Positions 1 to 8,983 of a DNA stretch of 64,000 bases are shown one piece after another (the first letter of the stretch is position 1; every line of letters begins with the position of its first letter). The stretch comes from Gemmatimonadota bacterium (lineage in GTDB: Bacteria > Latescibacterota > UBA2968 > UBA8231). The translations under genes were made by a program, and so were the position numbers. A model generated the notes under the pieces. The model saw only the letters and a list, made by a program, of their open reading frames with translations. It made no database searches and had not been told where the DNA came from. The DNA lies in assembly GCA_038128265.1 (NCBI GenBank), contig JAYPJE010000016.1:13650-77649 (forward strand), written 5' to 3'.

Positions 1-1256
1 GCACCAAATTTTTTGGCTGTAGAAAAGATGGTCTTTTCCTGGTGCGCGACCTCGCTGGCCGTTCCCTCCATGGCAATGGTGCAAGCAGCCAGCTCATGCA
101 CGTCAAAGCCCTTCACCTTAAACAGGAAAAAGCGCTGTATGCGCTGCTCGATCTTCTTCAGCCCCACCGCTTCGGGCTTGAGCGCCTGGCCAAAGCGAAA
201 TTCATTGTTATTAACCAGCCGGATACTGGCCGGCAGCACGCCCTCTCCCTGGCGCAGCTCTTTTAAAAACGCCACGCCCGTGGCGAAGTTGGGAAAGACG
301 AGCGAACCAAATTTGCGCACTTTGGGCAAGGGGTAAATTTTGAGCACGGCCTTAGTTATGATGCCAAAATTGCCCTCGCTACCAAAGAGCAAACCGCGCG
401 GCTGCACGCCCGTGGAATTGCGCGGCGTCGCCCGCAGCGTTTCCACCGCGCCCGTCGGCGTGATCAGCGTCGCCTCGAGCACGATATCCTCTATATTGCC
501 GTACTTGTTTTTCTTCATGCCGCTGGCGTTGGTCGAAATCCACCCACCCAGCGTCGACAGCTCAACGCTATCGGGATCGTGTCCCGATGTGTAGCCCTGC
601 GATGCCAGTTCGCGCTCCAAGTCGCGCCCGCAGATACCCGACTCCACGCAGGCCATCAAATTGTCTCGATCAAGCGATAGGATGCGGTTCATCCGGCTCA
701 TGTCGACCGAGGCTATTGGACGCTCCTCTTTGCTGCGCAGCGACAGCGCACCGCTTACGTTGGTACCACCTCCGTAGGGCACCAGACAAACGCCGTGAAT
801 ATTGGCCGCTTCGACAATGCTCTGCACCTGCTCTTCGCTCTGCGGATAGAGCACGAGGTCGACAAAGCGCTCCAGCGGCGCGCCGTACAGCACCCGATAC
901 ACCTCGTTAACGCTGAGCTGGCCATGGCTGTGGCGCAGGCGCTCGGCGTCGGAGTCGACGATCTGGTCCTGTGCTAACACGGTGCTCAACTGTTCGATAA
1001 AAGCCGCATTGTGCCGCGCTGCCGGCAGCGGATCGCGTGCGCGTTCAGGCAGCACGTCCTGCGGACGAAACGACGTGCCGAGCACGTCTTCGGCAAAGGG
1101 GATAAAGTAGGGCATGGTATAGCCGCAGATGGGATAGCGATTGCCCGTCACCCGCACGCTGCGCTCATCGACAAACTCAAAGTGCGTGTCGGTATAGCCC
1201 CATTTGTGGGCGTGGCGCTCGCCGGCTTCATACGAATAGCTCCCGTTGCCTCTCAT
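1..1256 (-). CDS. Alkyl-dihydroxyacetonephosphate synthase-like FAD-linked oxidase (3' end runs off the window)
   Basis: Not in the ORF track; translated by hand from ATG at 1256 (GGAG upstream). MRGNGSYSYEAGERHAHKWGYTDTHFEF...VTGNRYPICG; later GGGTNVS and GHDPDSVELSTLGGWISTNASGMKKNKYGNIEDIV, then GSEGNFGIIT. These are AGPS/FAD_binding_4 motifs. Confidence 0.85.
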   Translation of the reverse strand, partial: MRGNGSYSYEAGERHAHKWGYTDTHFEFVDERSVRVTGNRYPICGYTMPYFIPFAEDVLGTSFRPQDVLPERARDPLPAARHNAAFIEQLSTVLAQDQIVDSDAERLRHSHGQLSVNEVYRVLYGAPLERFVDLVLYPQSEEQVQSIVEAANIHGVCLVPYGGGTNVSGALSLRSKEERPIASVDMSRMNRILSLDRDNLMACVESGICGRDLERELASQGYTSGHDPDSVELSTLGGWISTNASGMKKNKYGNIEDIVLEATLITPTGAVETLRATPRNSTGVQPRGLLFGSEGNFGIITKAVLKIYPLPKVRKFGSLVFPNFATGVAFLKELRQGEGVLPASIRLVNNNEFRFGQALKPEAVGLKKIEQRIQRFFLFKVKGFDVHELAACTIAMEGTASEVAHQEKTIFSTAKKFG

Positions 1257-1290
1257 GGGCTCACTCCGTCCTTCTATTGTTTATCAATAA

Positions 1291-2034
1291 TCAGAATACC
1301 GGCAGTTGGGCCAGTTTGCTACCGGCTACGTTTTCGCCCCTACAGTGCCATACGCGGTGCGACGCATTGCGCTCGGCCAGCACCTTGGAAGTCAAGGCAA
1401 AGTAGCGCATGGTGTACCCACAGCGGCGCGTTGCGCTGCGATTGGCCGTCGCGCCGTGAACGATGCGCGCGTCGTGTAGCGAGCATTCGTTGGGCTGCAG
1501 TTCAAAGTACACCGCCTGCGATTCGTCGAGCTGGTCGGCGACGATCTGGCGTGGAAACGTATTGTTCTCACGGTCTACTTCTTCGTAGTCGGAAAATCCG
1601 TTGACCTGCGTGCCGGGCAGAACCCGCATGCAGCCGTTGTCGCGCGTCGAGGGATCAATAGCCAGCCACACGGTAACGATCTGATCCATCCTATCCATGC
1701 GTCCGTTCCAATAGGCAGAATCTTCGTGCCACGGCGTGGCGCGACCCACCATCGCTTCTTTGCAAATAAAGTGACTGCTCCACAGCCCGATGTGCGGACC
1801 GATAAATGGCTCGACCAGGTCGAGCACTTCATCGGCGAGTAGAAACTCAAAAAGGGCCGGACAGGTAAAATGCGGCACGTCAAGCTGGTCGGCGCGCCGA
1901 TCCTCCCCTTTGGAAGCCAGTAATTCCTCGAAAAGCGCTGTCAGACGGGCAAATTTTTCATCGCTAAATAGCGGCTCGTGGTGCAGCCAATAGCCATTTT
2001 CTTCGTAAAATTGAGCGGCGTTATCCGCAAGCAC
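1291..2034 (-). CDS. Phytanoyl-CoA dioxygenase (PhyH) family Fe(II)/2OG dioxygenase
   Basis: PWHED, TVWLAID..NGCMRVLPG, HGA..N.S..RR motifs. GTG start at 2034 follows GGAGG (ORF track starts at 2136). Confidence 0.9.
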   Translation of the reverse strand: MLADNAAQFYEENGYWLHHEPLFSDEKFARLTALFEELLASKGEDRRADQLDVPHFTCPALFEFLLADEVLDLVEPFIGPHIGLWSSHFICKEAMVGRATPWHEDSAYWNGRMDRMDQIVTVWLAIDPSTRDNGCMRVLPGTQVNGFSDYEEVDRENNTFPRQIVADQLDESQAVYFELQPNECSLHDARIVHGATANRSATRRCGYTMRYFALTSKVLAERNASHRVWHCRGENVAGSKLAQLPVF

Positions 2035-2195
2035 ATTCGACCTCCAGCACAGGGTATCAACGGCGTTAACAAAGTACGATGCACACCGCCCACTTGCAAG
2101 CTGTATACCGCTTCCCCATTGGATGGGCATCGACAATATGCTACCTTAGATCCTCGGCACAAACCCGTGCCTATCTGCCTCACCGAGGAGAAAAC

Positions 2196-2996
2196 ATGGC
2201 CAAGAAAATTGTGACGCCTGATATCAAGCGTCCTCCCAAGAAATTGATCAAAGCCCTCGAGGGCATTAGTGCGGCAACCGCAGCCGGCGAATTGCGCAAG
2301 CTGGGGATCCGCGACCCGAGCTTTGTCGGACCCGTGCCGCGCACACCGGGCAAGAAAGTCATCGGCCCAGCCATCACGCTACAGTTCATGCCGATTCGCG
2401 AAGACGTATATGCCGTAGGCGAATACACCGATCCCGAACTCCAGCTTCACCGTCATGCCCTCTATCACACGCAGCCGGGCGACATTGTCTGCGTCGATGC
2501 GCGAGGCGATATGCAGAGCGGCGTGTTTGGCGAAATGATGTTGACCTATTTTGCCGGCGCCGGCGGTGCTGGCATTGTAATAGACGGCTGTATCCGCGAC
2601 TTTCCCCACGTAGTTGAAGATCTCGATATTGGACTGTGGATCAAGGGTACAACACCCAACTTTCACACCCAGACCAACATCTTTCCCTTCGCCGTCAACG
2701 TGCCCATTGCCTGCGGTGGCCGCCTGGTCATGCCCGGTGATATTATCATTGCCGACGACGACGGCGCCGTGCTAGTGCCCGCCAAACTGGCGCCGCAGCT
2801 CATCACGGCCGCGCAAGCGCACGCTGAGTGGGAGGTCTTCAGCAAAATGCGCCTGTCTCAGGGAGGCCATCTGCGCAAGTACTACCCTCTCAGCGCCGAG
2901 GCACGCGTCGAGTACGAAGCGTGGAAAAAGGAGCAAGAAGAGCCTGCGGAGCATTCCGCTCCCAAGAAGAGAGCCAAGAGCAAGACAAAGAAATAG
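2196..2996 (+). CDS. RraA-like / HMG-CHA aldolase family protein
   Basis: GPAITL, GVFGEMM, GIVIDGCIRD, PGDIIIADDDG motifs; GAGGAG RBS before ATG 2196. Confidence 0.85.
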   Translation: MAKKIVTPDIKRPPKKLIKALEGISAATAAGELRKLGIRDPSFVGPVPRTPGKKVIGPAITLQFMPIREDVYAVGEYTDPELQLHRHALYHTQPGDIVCVDARGDMQSGVFGEMMLTYFAGAGGAGIVIDGCIRDFPHVVEDLDIGLWIKGTTPNFHTQTNIFPFAVNVPIACGGRLVMPGDIIIADDDGAVLVPAKLAPQLITAAQAHAEWEVFSKMRLSQGGHLRKYYPLSAEARVEYEAWKKEQEEPAEHSAPKKRAKSKTKK

Positions 2997-3041
2997 CTTT
3001 AGCGCAAGCGCCTGGTAGTTAGCGCGTGCCGCGTCGCCGTT

Positions 3042-4874
3042 TTGCAGCGCGGCACGCGCCCCCACCCCATAACTGGACAATGCCCCAAGGACCATCCCCC
3101 GCGACCCAACATCGTTTTTGTCCTCACCGATGACCAGGGCTATGGCGACCTGGGTTGCCACGGCAACGAGGCGATACACACTCCGAACATCGACCGCTTT
3201 CACAGCCGCGCCGTGCGCTTTAGCAACTACCACGTCGGCAGCACCTGCGCCCCAACGAGAGCAGGTATTCTAACCGGACACTACTGCAACAGCGCCGGCG
3301 TCTGGCATACGATTGGCGGTCGCTCGCTGCTGCGCGCCGACGAATGGACGCTAGCTGATGCTCTGCGCGAGGCGGGCTACCGCACCGGCCACTTTGGCAA
3401 GTGGCACTTGGGCGACAGCGCTCCCTATCGCCCACACGAGCGCGGCTTTGAGGAAACCGTCTACCACGCCGGCGGCGGCATTGGCAATACGGGCGACGCC
3501 TGGGGCAACGATTACTTTGACGACACCTATTTTAAAAACGGCGAACCCGCACCCTTTAGCGGCTACTGTACAGACGTGTTTTTCGACGAAGGTATGCGCT
3601 TTATTGAGGAACACCGAGACGAGCCTTTTTTCTGCTATATCGCCACCAATGCGCCGCACGGCCCGCTCAACGTCGAGCCGCGCTACATCGACCCCTATCG
3701 CACAACGACACCGCACGAAGACCGCGCGCGCTTTTACGGCATGATCTCCAATATCGACGAGAATTTCGGTCGCCTCATCGACCAGTTAGAAGCACTGAAT
3801 ATCGCCGACCAAACGATCCTGATATTCATGACGGACAACGGCACGGCGACCGGGGTCGAGCTAGACGCCGAGCAGTTTCCGCTTGAGGGCCCCGGATCGT
3901 TTAACGCCGGTATGCGCGGAAAGAAGGGATCGCCCTACGAGGGTGGCCATCGCGTGCCCTTTTTGCTGCGCTACGCCGACGGCGGCTTTGCGCACGGACA
4001 CGACATCGATGCCCTGACGTCCTACGTCGACTTCATGCCGACCCTGCTCGACCTGTGCGGCATCGACGTGCCATCCGAACGATCGTTCCACGGACACAGC
4101 CTGATGCCCCTGCTGCGCGGTGACAGCGACGTGCCCTGGACTGAGCGCACGACCTTCTGCGATACGCAGCGCGTCGCCCGCCCCGTCAAATGGCGACGCA
4201 GCGCCGTAATGCAGGGCCCCTGGCGCCTGATAGACGGGCGGGCGCTATACAACCTCGAAGCCGACCCGGGCCAGCGCAGCGATATTGCCGCGCGCCATCC
4301 CGATCGCGTCATCGCCCTGCGCGCAGCCTACGAAGACTGGTGGGCGCTCATTTCAGCTCAATTTGACCGCGACGAACCCATCGCTCTAGGCGCAGACGGC
4401 GACGCCGTGAAGATTACGACGCACGACTTGCGCAACGAGAGCTGCAACGTCGCTTGGAATCAGGGACAGGTGCGCGCTGGACAGGTGTGCAGCGGCTATT
4501 GGGCGGTATATATCAAGCGATCTGGGTGCTACCACATTGAGCTGCGCCGCTGGCCAGAGGAAACAGGCTATGCCCTGCAGGCGGGCATTGACGGCGACGA
4601 TAGCCACTGGCGCCGCGACAGCATCAAAGCCAGCGATGCCCATTTATACGAAGGTGGAGAAGCCATCGCCGTCCAGTGGGCACAGGTCGAGATCGCCGGC
4701 ACGACGCTGCAAAGCGAAGTCTCAGCCGATGATGAAAGTGCGCAGTTCTCGCTCCAGCTAACAGCGGGTCCTGCGCAGCTCTTTGCCGCTTTCTACGATG
4801 GCAAAGAGCGCTGTATGGCTCCTTACTACGCCTACGTGCGCTATACTGACGATGCGCTCCGCGAAGACCTTTAG
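3042..4874 (+). CDS. Arylsulfatase (Cys-type, formylglycine-dependent)
   Basis: PNIVFVLTDDQGYGD, CAPTR (CxPxR), GKWHLG, TDNG, YEGGHRVP. Start position uncertain. Confidence 0.95.
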   Translation: MQRGTRPHPITGQCPKDHPPRPNIVFVLTDDQGYGDLGCHGNEAIHTPNIDRFHSRAVRFSNYHVGSTCAPTRAGILTGHYCNSAGVWHTIGGRSLLRADEWTLADALREAGYRTGHFGKWHLGDSAPYRPHERGFEETVYHAGGGIGNTGDAWGNDYFDDTYFKNGEPAPFSGYCTDVFFDEGMRFIEEHRDEPFFCYIATNAPHGPLNVEPRYIDPYRTTTPHEDRARFYGMISNIDENFGRLIDQLEALNIADQTILIFMTDNGTATGVELDAEQFPLEGPGSFNAGMRGKKGSPYEGGHRVPFLLRYADGGFAHGHDIDALTSYVDFMPTLLDLCGIDVPSERSFHGHSLMPLLRGDSDVPWTERTTFCDTQRVARPVKWRRSAVMQGPWRLIDGRALYNLEADPGQRSDIAARHPDRVIALRAAYEDWWALISAQFDRDEPIALGADGDAVKITTHDLRNESCNVAWNQGQVRAGQVCSGYWAVYIKRSGCYHIELRRWPEETGYALQAGIDGDDSHWRRDSIKASDAHLYEGGEAIAVQWAQVEIAGTTLQSEVSADDESAQFSLQLTAGPAQLFAAFYDGKERCMAPYYAYVRYTDDALREDL

Positions 4875-4942
4875 CGCAACGCTTCGATATCGCGCTACCC
4901 GGTCGCGATGCGGAGCGCGCGCATAGACGGGCGGGTACGGCG

Positions 4943-5662
4943 CTATTCGGCTGCTTCGATACGGCCCAAGTACGCTTCGACTTCGGCGATATCGAGCACG
5001 TCGCCCAGATCGATATCGATATCGAGCATATTGACCTCGTGCAGCAGTTCGCAGCGCTCGCCCACGGCCTGGCGCGGCACCACAACGCGAAAGGTATGGG
5101 CCGCATCGCGGCACGTCGCATAGACGCAGTGACTCGTGCTGACCCCGGTTACAATCAGCGTATCCACATCGAGCGCCGTCAGCATATCGAGTAAGTTGGT
5201 TCCCTTAAAAGCCGAGGCATACTTCTTGCGCACGATGCGCTCGTCGTCGCGCCGTTCGACGCGCGGATCGAGTCCAAACAGCGGCATGTCTTCCGGGTGT
5301 ATATTGTCGGCGCACTTGCCGTCGTGCGGCGTCGGTGGGTCGGCTGGATCGTAGTCATAGGTTGTAAAGATGATCGGAATACCCGCCGCGCGCGCCGACC
5401 GCAGTACCTGACAGGTTCCTTCTACAACGGAGTCGACATTACTGCCCATCGGTGGCCTACCCGGTCGCGTCCACCACAGAGCCAAGTCGATGACGATTAG
5501 CGCCGGGCGCGTGCCAAACCCCGCGCGCGTGCCCCAACCCAATTCCAAATAGCGCTCCTTGAGCTCGGTGATATGTGCTTTCAACGGCCCTCGCAGCGCG
5601 TCAGGTAGACGCAGCGCCGGCGAGCCAAAAGGCGGCGGTCCCTCTGTTTGATGTGATGTCAT
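4943..5662 (-). CDS. Isochorismatase-family cysteine hydrolase
   Basis: PALIVID, KKYASAF.GT, GVSTSHCV..T.RDA (Asp-Lys-Cys triad). Confidence 0.9.
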   Translation of the reverse strand: MTSHQTEGPPPFGSPALRLPDALRGPLKAHITELKERYLELGWGTRAGFGTRPALIVIDLALWWTRPGRPPMGSNVDSVVEGTCQVLRSARAAGIPIIFTTYDYDPADPPTPHDGKCADNIHPEDMPLFGLDPRVERRDDERIVRKKYASAFKGTNLLDMLTALDVDTLIVTGVSTSHCVYATCRDAAHTFRVVVPRQAVGERCELLHEVNMLDIDIDLGDVLDIAEVEAYLGRIEAAE

Positions 5663-5863
5663 AGTTGCCCCCTCTAATGGATAGTGATACTCGCTGCGGT
5701 CAATCCGCCGCGCGTGTGGTTAGGTGGTCAATATAGAGTACGACCACAGCCAGCACAGCACGCTTCTACACTATTTCACCGCCGCGAAACCGCGCCGTGC
5801 CATAGTGCGTCCTTTTCTAGCACGGGTAGACTAGCCCACCTACCAAGAAAAATGAGTGGCGCT

Positions 5864-5892
5864 GGAATAAACACCGAACTGAACCTGTCTAA
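5864..5892 (+). promoter_or_regulatory. Putative ECF (sigmaE-like) promoter GGAATAA-N16-GTCTAA
   Basis: Resembles the RpoE-type -35/-10 pattern; the same architecture recurs at 7727-7755. Confidence 0.6.
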
Positions 5893-6018
5893 CGTGTGAA
5901 TAGGGTCCTTTGCACAGTTGATGCGACAGCGCAGCGAGGCGTTTTCCGAGGGGGATGCATCTGACCGAAAACTAGACCGACCCAGTCTTACTAAACTCTC
6001 ATTAGGAGATTTGTCTGA

Positions 6019-7056
6019 ATGCATATAAAACATATGGCGGCGTTGGCCCTGCTAGTAATTGCGGCACAGGCGCTTCCCGCGGAAGCACACGGACGAAAAG
6101 GGCAACGCGATGTTTCAATCGCCCAGCTGGAACTGAGCGAAGAGCAGCAAGTCCAGTTAGAAGCGATACGCGCAGACTTTGACGCGCGTGCCCAGGCGCT
6201 GCGCGAAGCGCACCGGGCCGATGAGCTAGCGGTATTGAGCGAAGAGCAGTTGGCGACGCTAACGGCCTACGGGAGCAATGACGGTGAGCGCAAAGGCCGC
6301 CGCATCGACCTGGGTCTCAGCGAAGAACAGATTGACGCAATAAAAGCACTTGATGCCACCTATAGAGAAGCGCGCAACGCACTCAAGCAGGAGCGCAAAG
6401 AGGCCGTAGCCGCCCTGCTGACCAACGAACAGCTAACCGCTCTCGAAGCACTGCGCAACGCGCAACCACCGCGCGGGCAGCGCATCTCTCTAGCCGCCCA
6501 GCTAGGGCTGAGCGAGGAGCAGCAAACGGAAATCGCAGCGCTGCGCACAGACTATGCCGAGAGCGCACGAGTCCTGCTCGAAGCACACCGAACCGAAGAA
6601 CAGGCCGTTCTAACGGCAGATCAGCTAGCGGCACTAACGGCCTATCAAGACCAGAGGCATCGCCGCGGCAATAGATACCTCGAATTAGGCCTAAGCGACG
6701 ACCAAATCAGCGCTCTTAACGACCTCAATGCGACCTATCGCGAAGCACGTGCATCCCTGCAAACAGCTCACCGGGAAGCCGTGGCCGCCCTGTTGACCGA
6801 CGAGCAGCGGGCGCTGCTCGAAGCACTGCACAGTGCACCGCCGTTCCGCGGCATGCACCGCGGACGCCATGGCGAAGGCCACGTCGACGCAGAGGGTGAC
6901 GACGATGCAGACGAATCCATCGACGGGCTCGCCGATGGCGGCACCCTGAGTGAGCAGACGGGCGAATCCTCCCTGCTGTGGTCTGATACTATTGAGCTGA
7001 CAACCGCGGTAGAAGACGTCAGTTGGGGACGCATTAAGAGCGATTTGTCCGAGTAA
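6019..7056 (+). CDS. Secreted Spy/CpxP-like (LTXXQ) helical repeat protein with TAVExxSWGxIK tail
   Basis: Signal peptide (..AEA-H); eight L[S/T]xxQ motifs in two ~120-aa units; acidic linker; ends TTAVEDVSWGRIKSDLSE; AGGAG RBS. Confidence 0.75.
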   Translation: MHIKHMAALALLVIAAQALPAEAHGRKGQRDVSIAQLELSEEQQVQLEAIRADFDARAQALREAHRADELAVLSEEQLATLTAYGSNDGERKGRRIDLGLSEEQIDAIKALDATYREARNALKQERKEAVAALLTNEQLTALEALRNAQPPRGQRISLAAQLGLSEEQQTEIAALRTDYAESARVLLEAHRTEEQAVLTADQLAALTAYQDQRHRRGNRYLELGLSDDQISALNDLNATYREARASLQTAHREAVAALLTDEQRALLEALHSAPPFRGMHRGRHGEGHVDAEGDDDADESIDGLADGGTLSEQTGESSLLWSDTIELTTAVEDVSWGRIKSDLSE

Positions 7057-7096
7057 AAGCGTCTGGCAACACGCGTCAGAGAAGGACCCAAAGCAA

Positions 7097-7130
7097 AAGG
7101 GTGCTGCGGTATCGCTACCGCAGCACCCTT
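7097..7130. terminator. Hairpin terminator between convergent genes
   Basis: Perfect 15-bp stem AAGGGTGCTGCGGTA-tcgc-TACCGCAGCACCCTT, with a U-rich tail on the minus strand. Confidence 0.8.
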
Positions 7131-7162
7131 GCGCGTTCTACGCTTCGCTAATATCCTGCCGC

Positions 7163-7684
7163 TTAAAACCCACGCGGCCCACCACCACCGCCACCACCGC
7201 CGCCACCACCCCACTGGCCGCCCCCGCCGCCACCGCGCTGACCGCCGCCACCCCACTGGCCGCGACGGGCCTGTGCCTCTTCCATCTGCTGGTTAAACTT
7301 GGTCAGCTGCTCTTCGTTGAGCACCTGTCCCAGCGTTGCCATCACCTCCTCGCGCATGTTTTCCATATTCTCGCGCATGGTCTCGCGCATCGCCTGCCAA
7401 TCTCCGCCGCTGGCCATATCGGCCATCATATTTTGCTGCTTGACATAGGTGGCCTTGAGCCCTGCCCGCAGCTTGACCAACTGCTCGTCCGTAACGGCAT
7501 ATTCGTCGTCAAAAGCAAGCATGCCCAGCACTTGCTCGGGAGACAATCCCCCACCCATCATGCCACGACCACCGCCGCCGCCCATACCGCGCCCACCGCC
7601 ACCACCGCCGGGCTGCGCGATGGCCGGCAGGGCGACCAACAGACAGCCCAGCGCCGCACCCAATATCCACTTTCTTTTCAGCAT
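7163..7684 (-). CDS. Secreted Gly-rich Spy/CpxP-like protein
   Basis: Signal peptide (AIA-Q); VTDEQ and LNEEQ motifs; Met/Arg-rich helix; Gly-rich ends; AAGGAG RBS. Confidence 0.7.
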   Translation of the reverse strand: MLKRKWILGAALGCLLVALPAIAQPGGGGGGRGMGGGGGRGMMGGGLSPEQVLGMLAFDDEYAVTDEQLVKLRAGLKATYVKQQNMMADMASGGDWQAMRETMRENMENMREEVMATLGQVLNEEQLTKFNQQMEEAQARRGQWGGGGQRGGGGGGQWGGGGGGGGGGGPRGF

Positions 7685-7726
7685 TTCCCCGTTCTCCTTT
7701 TGTTTAAGAGGGCTTTTGATGCCCCA

Positions 7727-7755
7727 TTAGACAGCAGTGGGCGCCGTTGCATTCC
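7727..7755 (-). promoter_or_regulatory. Putative ECF (sigmaE-like) promoter GGAATGC-N16-GTCTAA
   Basis: Minus strand reads GGAATGC aacggcgcccactgct GTCTAA, about 40 nt upstream of the 7684 start; same spacing as 5864-5892. Confidence 0.6.
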
Positions 7756-7818
7756 CCCGCAATCGAATCTGATGGCCACCCTCTGCCCGCATGGCTCCCA
7801 TTGGCCGGAATTCGACAT

Positions 7819-8979
7819 TCAATCTGCGAGCTGCTCCCCGAGAAATTCAAAGGCGCGGCGCGTGGCCGCTACGTGCCCTTCAGCGTGTTCGATAAACTCA
7901 AAGCGCGCCGCTACTCCTAGCTGCTGGTAATGGGCGGCCGCGCGCTGGCCCTCCCGCCGTGCCGCCTCCTGATCAACGGCCCCATCTCGCATGCCCGCTT
8001 CGACGGCAAAGGCGCGCGGCGCTACAAGCGAAGCGATGTCGGCGTCCGAGAAAGCGGTAGCCTGCGCCGGCAGGATCTGCCCTTCGGCAAACCAGTCGAT
8101 ATAGTTCGTGCGGCTGTAGGGGCCAATGAGCTTAGGCAGGCGTTCATTGAAATAGGCGCTGCACACGCTGGCGCGCACCCTCCGATCGAGTGCCGGCAAA
8201 TACAGGGCCGTTTGGCCACCGCGCGACAGGCCATAGCATCCTATGCGCCCAGCGTCGACGGCCTCGTCCTGGACGAGCAGATCGACGCCGCGCGATGAGG
8301 CCATGACGTCTAGACCCAACAGCGTGCCGCCCGCCAGCACGCAGAGGCGGTGCAGGCGATTCTTGCCGTAGTGCACGTCGCGATCGGCAAAGTCGGGCAG
8401 CGGCACGTCGACCGCATCGCTATCCGTTCCATAGCCGCTGGGATGGTGCGGCGCAACGACGCAGTAGCCGCGCCGCACTGCCCGCAGCCCCATAGAGCGG
8501 TAGGCATAGTCTTCGGCGTTGGCACTGGCTACTAAGCCACAGGCCATTTCCGGCGTGCCCATATAGCCGTGCTGCACCAACAGAGCGGGATGAGGCCCCG
8601 GCGATTTGGGCCGCATGCGCACCGCATAGGTTTGCAGGCCGGGCAACACCTCGTAGAAAAAGCGCGTGGCAATGGCCCCCTCGTCTTCCCATAACAGCAT
8701 CTCTTCTTGGGCGATAGCCGGTGTGCGCACCGATGGCTCAGACCAAAAGCCCAGCATGCGCGCAAAGCGCTGGCGCATAGGCTCCACGCTCTCTACGTAG
8801 GCTTGACTACTGGTGTAGTCGCGCAGCCACTGCGTTGACCGCACACCGTCTAGGTGAACCAAGTGATCGCGCAGATAGCGCTCATAGGATTGATATGTCC
8901 GACGGCGATGATCGTCTACGGCCCGCGGATCAACGGGCTCTACATCCGCAGCACCGGCCGGCTGCTCAATTTCGTGCAC
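7819..8979 (-). CDS. Alpha/beta hydrolase (dienelactone hydrolase / acetyl xylan esterase-like)
   Basis: Nucleophile elbow GLSRGG, ASLVAPR, C-terminal GH. GTG 8979 lies just past the upstream stop. Confidence 0.8.
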   Translation of the reverse strand: MHEIEQPAGAADVEPVDPRAVDDHRRRTYQSYERYLRDHLVHLDGVRSTQWLRDYTSSQAYVESVEPMRQRFARMLGFWSEPSVRTPAIAQEEMLLWEDEGAIATRFFYEVLPGLQTYAVRMRPKSPGPHPALLVQHGYMGTPEMACGLVASANAEDYAYRSMGLRAVRRGYCVVAPHHPSGYGTDSDAVDVPLPDFADRDVHYGKNRLHRLCVLAGGTLLGLDVMASSRGVDLLVQDEAVDAGRIGCYGLSRGGQTALYLPALDRRVRASVCSAYFNERLPKLIGPYSRTNYIDWFAEGQILPAQATAFSDADIASLVAPRAFAVEAGMRDGAVDQEAARREGQRAAAHYQQLGVAARFEFIEHAEGHVAATRRAFEFLGEQLAD

Positions 8980-8983
8980 GACG

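Noticed and set aside
13..1604. Several plus-strand ORFs
   Set aside because: Shadows of the minus-strand AGPS-like and PhyH genes.
7170..7265. CCA/CCG-rich tandem repeats (also ~7550-7612)
   Set aside because: They encode the Gly-rich tails of the 7163-7684 protein; not CRISPR or a VNTR element.
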